This document shows, one piece after another, positions 19,296 to 28,747 of a DNA stretch of 52,626 bases. Origin of the DNA: a virus (Duplodnaviria > Caudoviricetes); IMG/VR virus record IMGVR_UViG_3300032332_000345, positions 1-52,626 of that record; one strand, 5' to 3'. The notes beneath the pieces are model-generated. The model ran no database searches and was not told where the DNA came from. It worked only from the letters and a program-made list of their open reading frames with translations. The translations under genes were made by a program, and so were the position numbers. The first letter of the stretch is position 1, and each line of letters starts with the position of its first letter.

Positions 19296-19611
19296 AATCA
19301 ATTGCTCCGTCTAAGTAACCTGCCAAAAAATCATCTACTAATTCATCATACGGCAACTGTTCTACATAACATCTTGTGTATTCAAATAAAGTAAACTCCG
19401 TAGTTTCAGATAAAGCATTTCTGTTTTTAGTACTAGTCTGTATAAGTATACTATCTAATAACTGATGGTATCTATAGTCACTAACTTCTCGCTCTAATAT
19501 ATCTTTTGGTACTCTTGTTTTTATTTCTGCTCTTAAATACTCTCTTTTTTCTTTTTCAGCTATATACAATTCTTTCTGTTTTTGTTTTTCTATTTGTTCA
19601 GCTGTACACAT
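19288..19611 (-). CDS. Hypothetical protein
   Basis: AGGAG RBS; coupled to the helicase stop. Confidence 0.6.
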   Translation of the reverse strand: MCTAEQIEKQKQKELYIAEKEKREYLRAEIKTRVPKDILEREVSDYRYHQLLDSILIQTSTKNRNALSETTEFTLFEYTRCYVEQLPYDELVDDFLAGYLDGAIDYE

Positions 19612-21176
19612 TATGCTCCTAACTCCTCTCTATATAAATCAACTAGTTTAGTGTGTAAATCTACTTTACCTTGCAACATCTGATACATCCTTCTTTCAAT
19701 ATCTGAACCTTGTAAATGTACTACAGTCATCTTATTAATTTGGCCTACTCTATCCATACGGGCTATACACTGTAGATATGTTTCGACAGATAATACAGGA
19801 GACCAAAAGACTACCGTGTTTGCTGCAGTTAGCGTCACACCGTGAGAAGCTGCTTGTGGTTGAATGACTAGAGTTTTAGGGCTCTCACTTGTTTGGAACC
19901 TACCTATAATTGCAGCACGTTCGGTAGCTGATACTGATCCATTAATTATTTCATTAGTGATGTTGTTCTTATTAAGATACCTTGACACTACTTCAATCGT
20001 ATGTCTATATGGTACAAAGATAATCGTCTTATGTTCTGTCTCGTCTAGTACCTCTTGCAAAGCCGCTAAGCGTGGAGCTATATCAAACTCAACCACTTCT
20101 TTCTTATCTGTATAGACTGCACCACCTGATATTTGTAGAAGTTTATTTACGTTAGCTGCGGCGTTGACTGCTGTGATTTGTTCTCCCGCTGCCTCAATAA
20201 GCATTTCATTTTTTAATACCTGATAGAATTTTTCTACTTGTGGTGTGAGTGGTATATCTCTTGTTTGATACATGACGTCAGGTAAATCTAGACAGTCCGC
20301 TTTTGCATATCGTATTGAAGGTTGTAGTGCTTTATATACTTCATCTTTAGCATTACGTTTTGGTACCCATTTAAAACGGGTTACTTGGTACATTACTTTA
20401 TCTCGCCATCCTGCGGTTACTTTAGGTACTCTATGTGGGCATACTAATCTAGCTAAGCCATATGCATCAAGAGGTGATTGAGCCGCAGGCGTTCCAGTTA
20501 ACATCCATAATCGTGTATGAGGTTTTAAAATCTTAGATAACGTTTTCCATCTAGATGTTGTAGTTGTTTTATAAGCATTAGCTTCGTCAATTACAATCAA
20601 ATCAAAATCAGCTTTAGCTATGGCATCTCTAACAACTGCTACACCATCATAATTTATAATTACAAATTCATAGTTACCATTAATAATCTTTACTCGTTTG
20701 TCCGCGGTACCATGTGCTACGGCTGAGGTTCTGTGCATACAGGTATTAAAGACATCGCCCTGCCAAGCTGAATACATAATCGTTAATGGGCATATAATAA
20801 GTACACGCTTAATTTCTTTTTGATTCATTAAGTAATCGGCAGCCCATAACACAGAAGAAGTTTTACCCGTGCCTGCTTCATTAAAACAAAAAGCTTTACG
20901 ATTAATAGATAGGAATTCTGAAGTTACTTTTTGGTGACCGAACGGCGTATATAATCCTGGCCAGTTGTAATCTCTAACGATGGGGGAAGGTAAGTTATTT
21001 CTAAAAGATATTAAGGAATTAAGTCGGGTCATTTCATCTAGACCCCAATAAACTAATACATCAGTAAGGTTACCTTTTCTTTCTAGCACTTCACTTTTTT
21101 CTATGTTGTCTGTGATGTGAGAGACAATATGTTCAGGCACTGTAAGTTTAACCGCTTGGTTATCTAAAATTTCCAT
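19611..21176 (-). CDS. SNF2-family (SF2) helicase
   Basis: GTGKT, IDEAN, LTGTP, HGVTLT and QCIARMDRVGQ motifs. Confidence 0.9.
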   Translation of the reverse strand: MEILDNQAVKLTVPEHIVSHITDNIEKSEVLERKGNLTDVLVYWGLDEMTRLNSLISFRNNLPSPIVRDYNWPGLYTPFGHQKVTSEFLSINRKAFCFNEAGTGKTSSVLWAADYLMNQKEIKRVLIICPLTIMYSAWQGDVFNTCMHRTSAVAHGTADKRVKIINGNYEFVIINYDGVAVVRDAIAKADFDLIVIDEANAYKTTTTSRWKTLSKILKPHTRLWMLTGTPAAQSPLDAYGLARLVCPHRVPKVTAGWRDKVMYQVTRFKWVPKRNAKDEVYKALQPSIRYAKADCLDLPDVMYQTRDIPLTPQVEKFYQVLKNEMLIEAAGEQITAVNAAANVNKLLQISGGAVYTDKKEVVEFDIAPRLAALQEVLDETEHKTIIFVPYRHTIEVVSRYLNKNNITNEIINGSVSATERAAIIGRFQTSESPKTLVIQPQAASHGVTLTAANTVVFWSPVLSVETYLQCIARMDRVGQINKMTVVHLQGSDIERRMYQMLQGKVDLHTKLVDLYREELGA

Positions 21177-21234
21177 ACTATCCTTAACTAAATTAACTAA
21201 GCCTATACAGGCTTTAAATTACTACTGACTGACT

Positions 21235-21262
21235 ATTTTACTACACTTAAACTATATGTCAA
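21235..21262 (-). promoter_or_regulatory. Sigma70-type promoter upstream of the helicase
   Basis: TTGACA-N16-TAAAAT on the minus strand in the intergenic gap. Confidence 0.55.
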
Positions 21263-21577
21263 CTATTTTTTCTTGCGTTCTTTTTTACTTGTTTCGGATA
21301 CTAGGTTACCTTGAGAGTCTCTTTTGAATGAACGGTTTTTAGCTGCACTTTGAATGCGTAAACCATCTTTATTTGAACCGCCTTTATCGAGGGCTTTAAC
21401 GTGAGCTACGTCTTTACCTTCTCGCATATCAGCCTTGCCATTACCATTTAAATCTGTACCTTTTTTATCAATAGAACGACGACCACGCTGTCTTTCCATA
21501 CGACGTTCAAGTTCACCCCTAGCTTTTTGCTGTTGGTATTCTTTCTTATAAGGTCTAGGTTTATTTACGTAAGGCAT
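21263..21577 (-). CDS. HNH-family protein
   Basis: DVAHVKALDKGGSN...LRIQSAAKNRS. Confidence 0.7.
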   Translation of the reverse strand: MPYVNKPRPYKKEYQQQKARGELERRMERQRGRRSIDKKGTDLNGNGKADMREGKDVAHVKALDKGGSNKDGLRIQSAAKNRSFKRDSQGNLVSETSKKERKKK

Positions 21578-21591
21578 GGCAGTATTATATC

Positions 21592-22248
21592 TTAGGTCTT
21601 GTTAAACTCGCAAGTCTTAACTGGGCAGAATTTGCATAAAGGTGTAGGGTTTGTTTGCCAAGTGTTGGTTTCGTAAGAGTGATCTAACCTAGTTAAAGGT
21701 GTTGTAAAGTGTTCCCATGATTTCTCTATATCATCTCTACGATATTCCTCAGGCATAAAGTTATTGTGCATTAAAAATAAGAGGCCTGCTTTAACTACCT
21801 CGACATCGGGAAAATGTGCAAAGGTCATAAGTGACATCAGTCTTAATTGTTTTAGGTCAGGATATTTATCGCTTCCCGTTTTATAATCTACAATGAAAGC
21901 ATGGTTACCATCTACAATTACTATGTCGGCTATACCTCTTACCCATCTTTCTTTAGCACCAAATGTGCATGGTGTTTTTTCTTTAGTCAATGCCATTCTA
22001 TGCTCAGTTAATTTATCTCCTGGTATAGCGGTTAAGTCATCTACTAAAGGTTTAAATCGTTGGTAATTTTTAGGAAGTTCTGTACCATCTTTGACATAAT
22101 GTTCTAATGCACTATGCACTTGATTCCCATAAATCATAGCTTGGGAGGGGGATTGTACAAAGTTTTTAGCAACAGTTAATTCATAGTATTGTTTAGGGCA
22201 GTTTTGATATTGTTTAAGAGAAGAGAACGACCATGTAAAGTCAGCCAT
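21592..22248 (-). CDS. PD-(D/E)XK exonuclease (RecB/Cas4-like)
   Basis: SFS..CP, GNQVH, RGIAD, VDYKTG, QLxxM motifs; C-terminal CxxC-x5-C. Confidence 0.88.
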   Translation of the reverse strand: MADFTWSFSSLKQYQNCPKQYYELTVAKNFVQSPSQAMIYGNQVHSALEHYVKDGTELPKNYQRFKPLVDDLTAIPGDKLTEHRMALTKEKTPCTFGAKERWVRGIADIVIVDGNHAFIVDYKTGSDKYPDLKQLRLMSLMTFAHFPDVEVVKAGLLFLMHNNFMPEEYRRDDIEKSWEHFTTPLTRLDHSYETNTWQTNPTPLCKFCPVKTCEFNKT

Positions 22249-22433
22249 TATTCACAGCCTTTCACACCACACTCACAGACTTTTTGTACTTCGCCTGTTG
22301 ATTTATTTAATTCATACTCTGCTAATTCTTCTTTTTTCTTTCTAAATATTTTATCAAAGTTTTCTTCAAACATATCATTAGATGGTTTACTTCTTAATAA
22401 ATCTCCTGTTACATCATTTCTAGCAGTCGCCAT
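22248..22433 (-). CDS. Hypothetical protein
   Basis: GGAGA RBS before MATARND; start trimmed from the track ORF. Confidence 0.55.
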   Translation of the reverse strand: MATARNDVTGDLLRSKPSNDMFEENFDKIFRKKKEELAEYELNKSTGEVQKVCECGVKGCE

Positions 22434-24288
22434 AACTTTCTCCATATTTAGCTTCACACGCAACGGGTAGCCCTTCCGCCCATGTAGGTGGTGCTGACAT
22501 TATATCAGTAATAAATTTCATTGCGGTATCTATTTCTTGAGTAGGAACAACACAAACAATCGCATCATGTACAGTTAATACAGGCTTATACTTCTCATTA
22601 ATTGCTATCATTTGTTCACCTACGATAATTCTTGCTAAGGCTTGAACCACATTCTCTACTACTGAACCACCCCATATAGATATAGTGCCTCGTCTAGATT
22701 TATAAACGTATTGGTTCTTACCCTCTGACGAATCTAGGTGTAGGTTTGGGTAATGAATATATAATCCGTTAGGTAATTGAATACCTTCTTTAGTAACCAA
22801 TAAACATTTATGTTGTCCTAAGTAATAGGGTTTCATGTTGTCAGTCCAGTTAGCCATATTCTCTAAGGCTCTATCACATTCTTCCCATAATTTAATGACA
22901 TGATGGTTAAGTGTTCTATAAACTTTAACAAGCCTTTGACATTCTTGGTCATCTAATACTGCGCCTGGAGGTTGTGTTTTTAAAGTGTGTTGTAGCTTAC
23001 TCCACCCAGTCCCGTAGCCTAGACCTAACGTACAAGTCTTACCTACAAATCTTTCTACAGGGTCCGCTTTAGTAATAGCTCTGTTATAAACTTTGGAAGC
23101 AAACTCTGAATAAACATCTCGACCTTCTTTATACCATTGAACGACATCGTCTTGCCCTGCTAACCACACAAGTATCCGAGCCTCAATTTGTGATGAGTCT
23201 GAGTTAATAACATAATTACCAATAGGTGCTATGACTGCGTTCTTTAATGCTTTCTTTTTCTTATCACGGCTAGGTAAGTTTTGGAAGTTTACTTTGTCTG
23301 AGCCTGCCCATCGGCCTGTGTGTGCACCATAGTATTTAAGTGGGATAGGAAGTTTTGATTTGTTTCTAGCACCGATGTCTAAGAATCTTTCTATACGGGA
23401 TTCTTCTAAGGTTGATTTAGTTCCTAAACGAACAGCACACAGTTCTTGTATAAATGAATCTTCATGTTCAGTAAGTGCTATAAATCCTTCATCATTTTTA
23501 GCTAATGCAAATGTATCTTTTCCTGTAGTAGGGCTTGTCTTTAACGGAGGTATTACACCATACTCTAGTAAGAGTTCTGCAAACTGTTTATTAGATGCTA
23601 ACTTTTTACGAACACATTCTTCTGTATCGCATTTTAATCTCTCCATCAATGACCTTAATAAATCGCCCTTCTCTTGTTTTATATCATCTAATCTTTCTTG
23701 TAGAAGAGCATCGTCGAGATACAATGTTGGCTCGGTATACATACGAAGCGTAAGGTCTATGAGTTTTAATTCATTAGCAGGGAAGTCTTGTCCTAGAATA
23801 TTATAGAGTTTATAGGTAAGTTCAACGTCGTTCTTACAATATTCCCCATACTGTTTTAAATCGTCAGCGTTAAAATCTTCTATGCGTTTACCTTTAGCAT
23901 CAATAACTTCTGTGCCTTTACGACCTAGATTATATTTCTCTACAAGAAAAGCAAGGGAACCGCCTACGTCTACGCCATGCTTAGCACGAGCCATACCAAG
24001 AGTATCAAGATAAATAGCGGGTAAAATACCGAAAACAAATGACAGAATAGCCCCATCAAACTGAGTATTGTGGCACAGTAAGATAGCTTCTTTCCAATCG
24101 ATTCTATCAAGTTCTGCTTTAATGTAATTATGAGTACCTGAGACCCACCGAGTTTCTTCGTCGTCAATTTTAATACCTACACCAATTACCTGAAACTTCT
24201 CGTGGCGTATGTATTCCTCTGTGGTTAGGTTTGATAGACTAAAACCCTGTTCGTAAAAGGTTTCAAAGTCTAGTGTGATTAGATTCAT
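22420..24288 (-). CDS. DNA polymerase family A with 3'-5' exonuclease
   Basis: DFET, HNTQFD and YCKND exonuclease motifs; HTGRW, DSSQIEAR, RFVGKTCTLGLGYG and VHD polymerase motifs. Confidence 0.95.
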   Translation of the reverse strand: MNLITLDFETFYEQGFSLSNLTTEEYIRHEKFQVIGVGIKIDDEETRWVSGTHNYIKAELDRIDWKEAILLCHNTQFDGAILSFVFGILPAIYLDTLGMARAKHGVDVGGSLAFLVEKYNLGRKGTEVIDAKGKRIEDFNADDLKQYGEYCKNDVELTYKLYNILGQDFPANELKLIDLTLRMYTEPTLYLDDALLQERLDDIKQEKGDLLRSLMERLKCDTEECVRKKLASNKQFAELLLEYGVIPPLKTSPTTGKDTFALAKNDEGFIALTEHEDSFIQELCAVRLGTKSTLEESRIERFLDIGARNKSKLPIPLKYYGAHTGRWAGSDKVNFQNLPSRDKKKKALKNAVIAPIGNYVINSDSSQIEARILVWLAGQDDVVQWYKEGRDVYSEFASKVYNRAITKADPVERFVGKTCTLGLGYGTGWSKLQHTLKTQPPGAVLDDQECQRLVKVYRTLNHHVIKLWEECDRALENMANWTDNMKPYYLGQHKCLLVTKEGIQLPNGLYIHYPNLHLDSSEGKNQYVYKSRRGTISIWGGSVVENVVQALARIIVGEQMIAINEKYKPVLTVHDAIVCVVPTQEIDTAMKFITDIMSAPPTWAEGLPVACEAKYGESYGDC

Positions 24289-24557
24289 AAGGTTGATAAT
24301 AGTAACAGAACAATTACCACTACCGCAATCATTATTTTTTCATTTTTATTTTCATTCTTTTCAGTGTCATCGTGTCTATATACACCGCCCCATGCTTCTC
24401 TTGCACTTCGTGGTGTAGGTCTATCAAACGCGTCAGGGTTAAAGAATCTCCAACCTTTTTTGGCATTCTTTTTAAAGACTTTCATTTGCCACGCTTCAAA
24501 TTCTTGGATTGCTTGTCTTGCACTTGGGTCAAAGTTATTTAATTTTGCGTCTAGCAC
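24285..24557 (-). CDS. Hypothetical protein with C-terminal TM helix
   Basis: AAGGAGA RBS before GTG 24557; IMIAVVVIVLLLLSTL tail. Confidence 0.55.
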   Translation of the reverse strand: MLDAKLNNFDPSARQAIQEFEAWQMKVFKKNAKKGWRFFNPDAFDRPTPRSAREAWGGVYRHDDTEKNENKNEKIMIAVVVIVLLLLSTL

Positions 24558-24570
24558 AATTTTTCTCCTT

Positions 24571-24765
24571 TTATTTTGCGTATTTCTCAAATTCATTACG
24601 GCATTCGGTAGAACACCAACGGCGGTCGTCTTTGACTGGGTCTTCACACCATATGCACTTCCCTGTTTGATTAGAAGGTTTTTTGATTTTATCGTGTGCA
24701 TTTCTCACTCCCATGTCAATCATGTGTTGCATTAAATCATTAGCTACGTCGGCGTCATCACTCAT
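24571..24765 (-). CDS. TraR/DksA-family C4 zinc-finger protein
   Basis: MSDDADVA (DxxDxA) N-terminus; CxxC...CxxxC. Confidence 0.8.
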   Translation of the reverse strand: MSDDADVANDLMQHMIDMGVRNAHDKIKKPSNQTGKCIWCEDPVKDDRRWCSTECRNEFEKYAK

Positions 24766-25001
24766 CTTATAAACATCTTATCTCTTGATTGAATATAAAA
24801 ATACTTACGCCACACCCCACCTCTAGTTTGTGCTTTCGGTAAACTAATTAAACCTTTTTTATCTAGGTCTCTTACTCTTTGATGACTACCATGAGAATTC
24901 AATACAACTTGATTACGCGTTGCATTTGGGTGGTCTTGCATATATTGATTTACAATTATGATAAGTTCTTCATCGGTTTTTCTTCTGTAATCTTGTGACA
25001 T
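24762..25001 (-). CDS. Hypothetical protein (possible winged HTH)
   Basis: Packed ORF in the operon. Confidence 0.55.
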   Translation of the reverse strand: MSQDYRRKTDEELIIIVNQYMQDHPNATRNQVVLNSHGSHQRVRDLDKKGLISLPKAQTRGGVWRKYFYIQSRDKMFIR

Positions 25002-25184
25002 TTAAAACAAACACTCCCCTACTAATTGAAATAAATCTTCTTTAACTACGATTGGTTTATCTAGTTTTACTACTTTAACATCGGGATTGTTTTCTGTAAA
25101 CCACTTAGCTTCCTTGACAGACCATCGGTGTTTACGTATAACCTCACCCTCGTCATCTATGATTGCGTAGCTAAATGGAATCAC
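25002..25184 (-). CDS. Hypothetical protein
   Basis: Packed ORF with 4-nt overlap. Confidence 0.5.
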   Translation of the reverse strand: MIPFSYAIIDDEGEVIRKHRWSVKEAKWFTENNPDVKVVKLDKPIVVKEDLFQLVGECLF

Positions 25185-25363
25185 TTGATTTCTCGTCTCG
25201 CTATTTCTTTAGCAATCTTGGCGCGTTTCTTGCCAGGCTCTTGAACCTTGTCAAGCATGTCATATAATACTTTTAATGCTAATGCTTTTAATCTATCTTT
25301 CCCTGTCTTTGTTTTAAGAGGGTTAGCGTGTCGTTTACTTTTGTGTATCTGTTGTGTTGCCAT
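25181..25363 (-). CDS. Small basic hypothetical protein
   Basis: GAGGAG RBS before MATQQ; start trimmed. Confidence 0.55.
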   Translation of the reverse strand: MATQQIHKSKRHANPLKTKTGKDRLKALALKVLYDMLDKVQEPGKKRAKIAKEIARREIK

Positions 25364-25586
25364 TTGTTTTACTCTCCTCAAAGTTTTTCAATGATTGCAT
25401 ATACTGATTTGTTGCAAAATTAATTCCTCTAATCACACCTAGTCGCATAGCGTCATAAAACATTCTTGCATCTTTCTCTGACCTCACTGCCTTATGAGCT
25501 TCTACCCAGCCATAGTATTCAGCGACGGCGACTTCGATTAAATCTTCTTCAAACTTTCTTTTTTTAGCTTCTTGTTCAGGTGTCAT
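25335..25586 (-). CDS. Hypothetical protein
   Basis: AAGGA RBS; coupled start. Confidence 0.55.
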   Translation of the reverse strand: MTPEQEAKKRKFEEDLIEVAVAEYYGWVEAHKAVRSEKDARMFYDAMRLGVIRGINFATNQYMQSLKNFEESKTNGNTTDTQK

Positions 25587-25792
25587 TACAATGTCCTTTG
25601 TTCAAAACATTCTAAATGGCTTTTCACGTAGAAGTGAGGTCTTATTTCTTCATAGAGTTCGCCTTGTACGCATTTAAGATTCATCTTATATTTTGTTTGT
25701 GTTTGGTTATACTCCATAATACCCCACGTAATACAACACCCTACAATTAATCCTACTATGGTATACCCTGTGCCTTCGTATTTATTATCCAT
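25586..25792 (-). CDS. Hypothetical membrane protein
   Basis: GGAGG RBS; N-terminal hydrophobic helix. Confidence 0.55.
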   Translation of the reverse strand: MDNKYEGTGYTIVGLIVGCCITWGIMEYNQTQTKYKMNLKCVQGELYEEIRPHFYVKSHLECFEQRTL

Positions 25793-26031
25793 TACAATCC
25801 TCCGTTAGCTTCAATCATTCGTTGTGTTGATTCTCTATAGCTTTTAATCCCTGTAATCTTTTCAGCTTTTTCTTCACATTTATATAGTGGTGTTATGACT
25901 ATATTGTGTTTTTTTGTTGGCAAGTCTTTTATCCATGATAGTTCTTTCGGTCTTGTCTGCATGATGCTTGACCATACAAGTTCGCCGTCACTATTGAATT
26001 CTTCGATTGCCCATGCGTATGGGTCTTTCAT
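25792..26031 (-). CDS. Hypothetical protein
   Basis: AAGGA RBS; coupled to the next gene. Confidence 0.55.
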   Translation of the reverse strand: MKDPYAWAIEEFNSDGELVWSSIMQTRPKELSWIKDLPTKKHNIVITPLYKCEEKAEKITGIKSYRESTQRMIEANGGL

Positions 26032-26040
26032 ATGATGTCC

Positions 26041-26394
26041 TTAGTAAAATACATGGTTGTTTATTATAACACGTGGTTTCATTCCCCACTGATTGTTAAG
26101 TGCGACATTGTGAAAATGTGATGCGCCTTTAGAAGTATCTTTTGCTTTTAACTTTAATATCTGATAAGCAATATTATAATATTGAGTTCCCCTTAACGCC
26201 TGTGGCGTCGGTGGTTTTAGTTTACCATACCATGAGAATTGGTAGGGCTTTTTCATTTCTATACATATGTTCTCAGGTTTGAAATCAGCACGTCGGTATA
26301 ACACGTAGCCTACGGCAATCTGCCCTGCGATACTCTCTCCCCTTGCTTCCATGAATATAGTTGTGGCGAGACACGCCAATGCTTGGTCTATCAT
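26041..26394 (-). CDS. SleB-like cell wall hydrolase (Hydrolase_2)
   Basis: CLATTIFMEARGE...GQIAV...QFSW...GASHFH...HVFY. Confidence 0.85.
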   Translation of the reverse strand: MIDQALACLATTIFMEARGESIAGQIAVGYVLYRRADFKPENICIEMKKPYQFSWYGKLKPPTPQALRGTQYYNIAYQILKLKAKDTSKGASHFHNVALNNQWGMKPRVIINNHVFY

Positions 26395-26424
26395 AGCAAC
26401 CTCCTTAAATAAGAAACCAGTTAC

Positions 26425-26730
26425 CTAGTCTTTCTTATGGTTTTTTGCTTTTTCTTCTTCGTGATTGATTAGTTCGTCGAGATACCATCGGGCTTTATAC
26501 AAGTCCTCTAGTCCGTTTTTGAATGGATATCGCCATACATATTTAATTATATTAGCCACGCATACTGCCGCGATTCCTAATAAATGTTTTGTTGCTTCAG
26601 CGATAGCATCGATGCACTCTATCTTTCCTTGAGTGTAATGTGAGGGGTGATTTACGTTGTCGCCTGCCCCTGTATGTTTTACTTGTTTACTTCCTGTATA
26701 ACTATTAAGAATTTTTTTGATTCTAGTCAT
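26425..26730 (-). CDS. DUF3310 / T7 gp1.7-like protein (putative nucleotide kinase)
   Basis: VNHPSHY...IECID...NIIKYVWR...KNGLEDLYKARWYL. Confidence 0.85.
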   Translation of the reverse strand: MTRIKKILNSYTGSKQVKHTGAGDNVNHPSHYTQGKIECIDAIAEATKHLLGIAAVCVANIIKYVWRYPFKNGLEDLYKARWYLDELINHEEEKAKNHKKD

Positions 26731-27014
26731 AATACCTCCTTTAACAGAGTTAATAGTTCTTCTATATTACCTTCATTTATAACGATTGCCAAGCCTTGAT
26801 TAGTTTTGATTTGGTCAATGTTGTATTTTTGCAACGCAGTGACTTGACCCTTTCCTGCTTTACATTCTATAGCGATGAACCTACCTTTATAGCAGGCGAT
26901 GATGTCAGGGATACCACTCTTACCATAACCTCCAGTTTGAGGGGAGAAATGATAGCAACTTATGTCGTCGAGAATTTGTTTTACTTTCTTTTTTACTTTT
27001 GCTTCGGGTGTCAT
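26727..27014 (-). CDS. VRR-NUC nuclease / putative Holliday junction resolvase
   Basis: PE...GIPDII...IECKA...TALQ. Confidence 0.85.
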   Translation of the reverse strand: MTPEAKVKKKVKQILDDISCYHFSPQTGGYGKSGIPDIIACYKGRFIAIECKAGKGQVTALQKYNIDQIKTNQGLAIVINEGNIEELLTLLKEVL

Positions 27015-27390
27015 GTGTGTCCTTAGTTAGTGATTCACCTCGTAGTGAATTCAAATCTGTATCGTGTAATACAATAATATACATTGAGGGGGATACTTGC
27101 CATGCTATGTTCTCTAGGTCTTTCATATCATCAGGGCATATATACAAATCAGGGTCTCGTAATACTGACATGTATGGTTCGTAATCTATTGATGCTGTGT
27201 TTCCTGAGTATTTAGATGTAGCCTTAGCAAAGGGAAGTTTCATTCTAATAAATATAGGTAGCGTTTCATCTGTGAATTTCCTTGTATAATTTTTATCTAC
27301 GCAAACTACGTAGCTACCATCTGTATACCACATCGGCACTCTCCAATGCTTCTTGAGAATATGGTGTGGCATAGGGCAATATACTTTCAT
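26920..27390 (-). CDS. Hypothetical protein
   Basis: AAAGGG RBS; 3' end overlaps the VRR-NUC gene. Confidence 0.55.
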   Translation of the reverse strand: MKVYCPMPHHILKKHWRVPMWYTDGSYVVCVDKNYTRKFTDETLPIFIRMKLPFAKATSKYSGNTASIDYEPYMSVLRDPDLYICPDDMKDLENIAWQVSPSMYIIVLHDTDLNSLRGESLTKDTHDTRSKSKKESKTNSRRHKLLSFLPSNWRLW

Positions 27391-27403
27391 GTAACCCTTT
27401 CTA

Positions 27404-28444
27404 TTATGTTAATCGTTCTACCATTTTACCATCAATTGTAATGTCTATGTTCCATGGTGAAGATTTGAAGTTTTCTAGATGTGTAAGATAATCTTTAGTG
27501 AAAGTATCATGTTTGACGTGAATATATTTAGCAAACTTTTTCTTGAATGTTCTAATCCAATCACTAGGTTGAGCTAGACTACTCATATAATATCCAACAT
27601 TAAATGCTTTCATATATACATATATAGCTTCAACAGGCTTCTCAAAAAATATCTTCTCGGCTATCGCAACTGCACTATCTCGTTGTTCTTTACCCCAATA
27701 ATAATGATTTCTACTTTCAGTATTAGCAAAAAGTTCGTTCGTTACTTCCTCTTTGTCTTGATTAAAAGATTCTCTATCCATACAAGTTATAAAGGCATAT
27801 GCACCATTAAGTTTATCTTGATAGATGTTCATAGCTTCTTTAGATTTCTTTCTATCTACTGTGTTATATGTTGCTAGATACTTTGATGATTCGTGTATTG
27901 CCATAGTGTCCATGTTGAATCGCATATGTTTAAAGATTGGTATTCTTATATCTACGCCATTATCTCTACGACCATACACAATACCACCATGAGCTATACT
28001 TGATTGAAACACACCATTAGAATAACTATACGCAGAGAATATCATACGCATACCTTGATGAAAGTTATTAGTCACAATCTCTACTGTGTTATCTGACCTA
28101 ATAATTAAATCTACCTTAGGGTTCTTAACATCTTTTTCGTAGTAGCCTGTAGGTTCATAGGTTCTTGCATCAGTATTCCATTTCTCTTGTTCTCGCCATT
28201 TTTTAAGTTCTTTACTATCCATGCTACTTTTCTTGGTATTGAATTCTTCGGTAGTCATAGACTGCATTTCCCACTTGTGATAGTAACCCACGTGATACTC
28301 TATCTCGCCATTCACTTCTCTCGGATAAAAGTATTTATAGTTATGGTTTCTATCGCTAAAGGGATACTTATCTATTGTCCCCCTCCAAGGCTTCTGTGTT
28401 TCCGTGATTCGTTTTAAGTGTTCATATCTTAGATTACTATTCAT
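27404..28444 (-). CDS. Hypothetical protein
   Basis: 346-aa ORF in the early/middle operon. Confidence 0.7.
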   Translation of the reverse strand: MNSNLRYEHLKRITETQKPWRGTIDKYPFSDRNHNYKYFYPREVNGEIEYHVGYYHKWEMQSMTTEEFNTKKSSMDSKELKKWREQEKWNTDARTYEPTGYYEKDVKNPKVDLIIRSDNTVEIVTNNFHQGMRMIFSAYSYSNGVFQSSIAHGGIVYGRRDNGVDIRIPIFKHMRFNMDTMAIHESSKYLATYNTVDRKKSKEAMNIYQDKLNGAYAFITCMDRESFNQDKEEVTNELFANTESRNHYYWGKEQRDSAVAIAEKIFFEKPVEAIYVYMKAFNVGYYMSSLAQPSDWIRTFKKKFAKYIHVKHDTFTKDYLTHLENFKSSPWNIDITIDGKMVERLT

Positions 28445-28590
28445 TTTGTATATGCCTTTCCTTTTTCAAAGTTAATTATTAATACCTCATCTTTAGGGTC
28501 ACCATCGCATATCTCGCATAAGGCTTCCCATACATCTTGTTTTTTAAAATCGTCTGCATATAGTTTTATATGTGCGTAATTCTCACTCAT
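28441..28590 (-). CDS. 49-aa hypothetical protein (not in track)
   Basis: GGGAGG RBS; MSENYAHIKLYADDF...; ATGA overlap with the next gene. Confidence 0.55.
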   Translation of the reverse strand: MSENYAHIKLYADDFKKQDVWEALCEICDGDPKDEVLIINFEKGKAYTK

Positions 28591-28747
28591 ACTTCCTCCC
28601 TAGTTCCTCAAAAATTGTCTCTAATGACTTCGGTTCAAAGTCGTGTTTATTAAAATCAAATATTGTTTTCTTACCATTGGCATGTTTGACATACCCTTTC
28701 ACTCTTACACTACTTACTATAATTTCTTTCTGTTTCTTATCACTCAT
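28583..28747 (-). CDS. 54-aa hypothetical protein (not in track)
   Basis: AGGAGGAG RBS; MSDKKQKEIIVSSVRVKG...; fills the gap exactly. Confidence 0.55.
   Translation of the reverse strand: MSDKKQKEIIVSSVRVKGYVKHANGKKTIFDFNKHDFEPKSLETIFEELGRKYE

Noticed and set aside
19611-21176. DEAN instead of DEAH suggesting a dead helicase
   Set aside because: The catalytic DE and the other SF2 motifs are intact
21592-22248. Cas4-like nuclease as evidence of CRISPR-Cas
   Set aside because: Stand-alone PD-(D/E)XK exonucleases are routine in phage replication modules
24558-24701. Track N-terminal extension of the 24285 ORF
   Set aside because: Overlaps the TraR gene; a strong RBS supports GTG 24557
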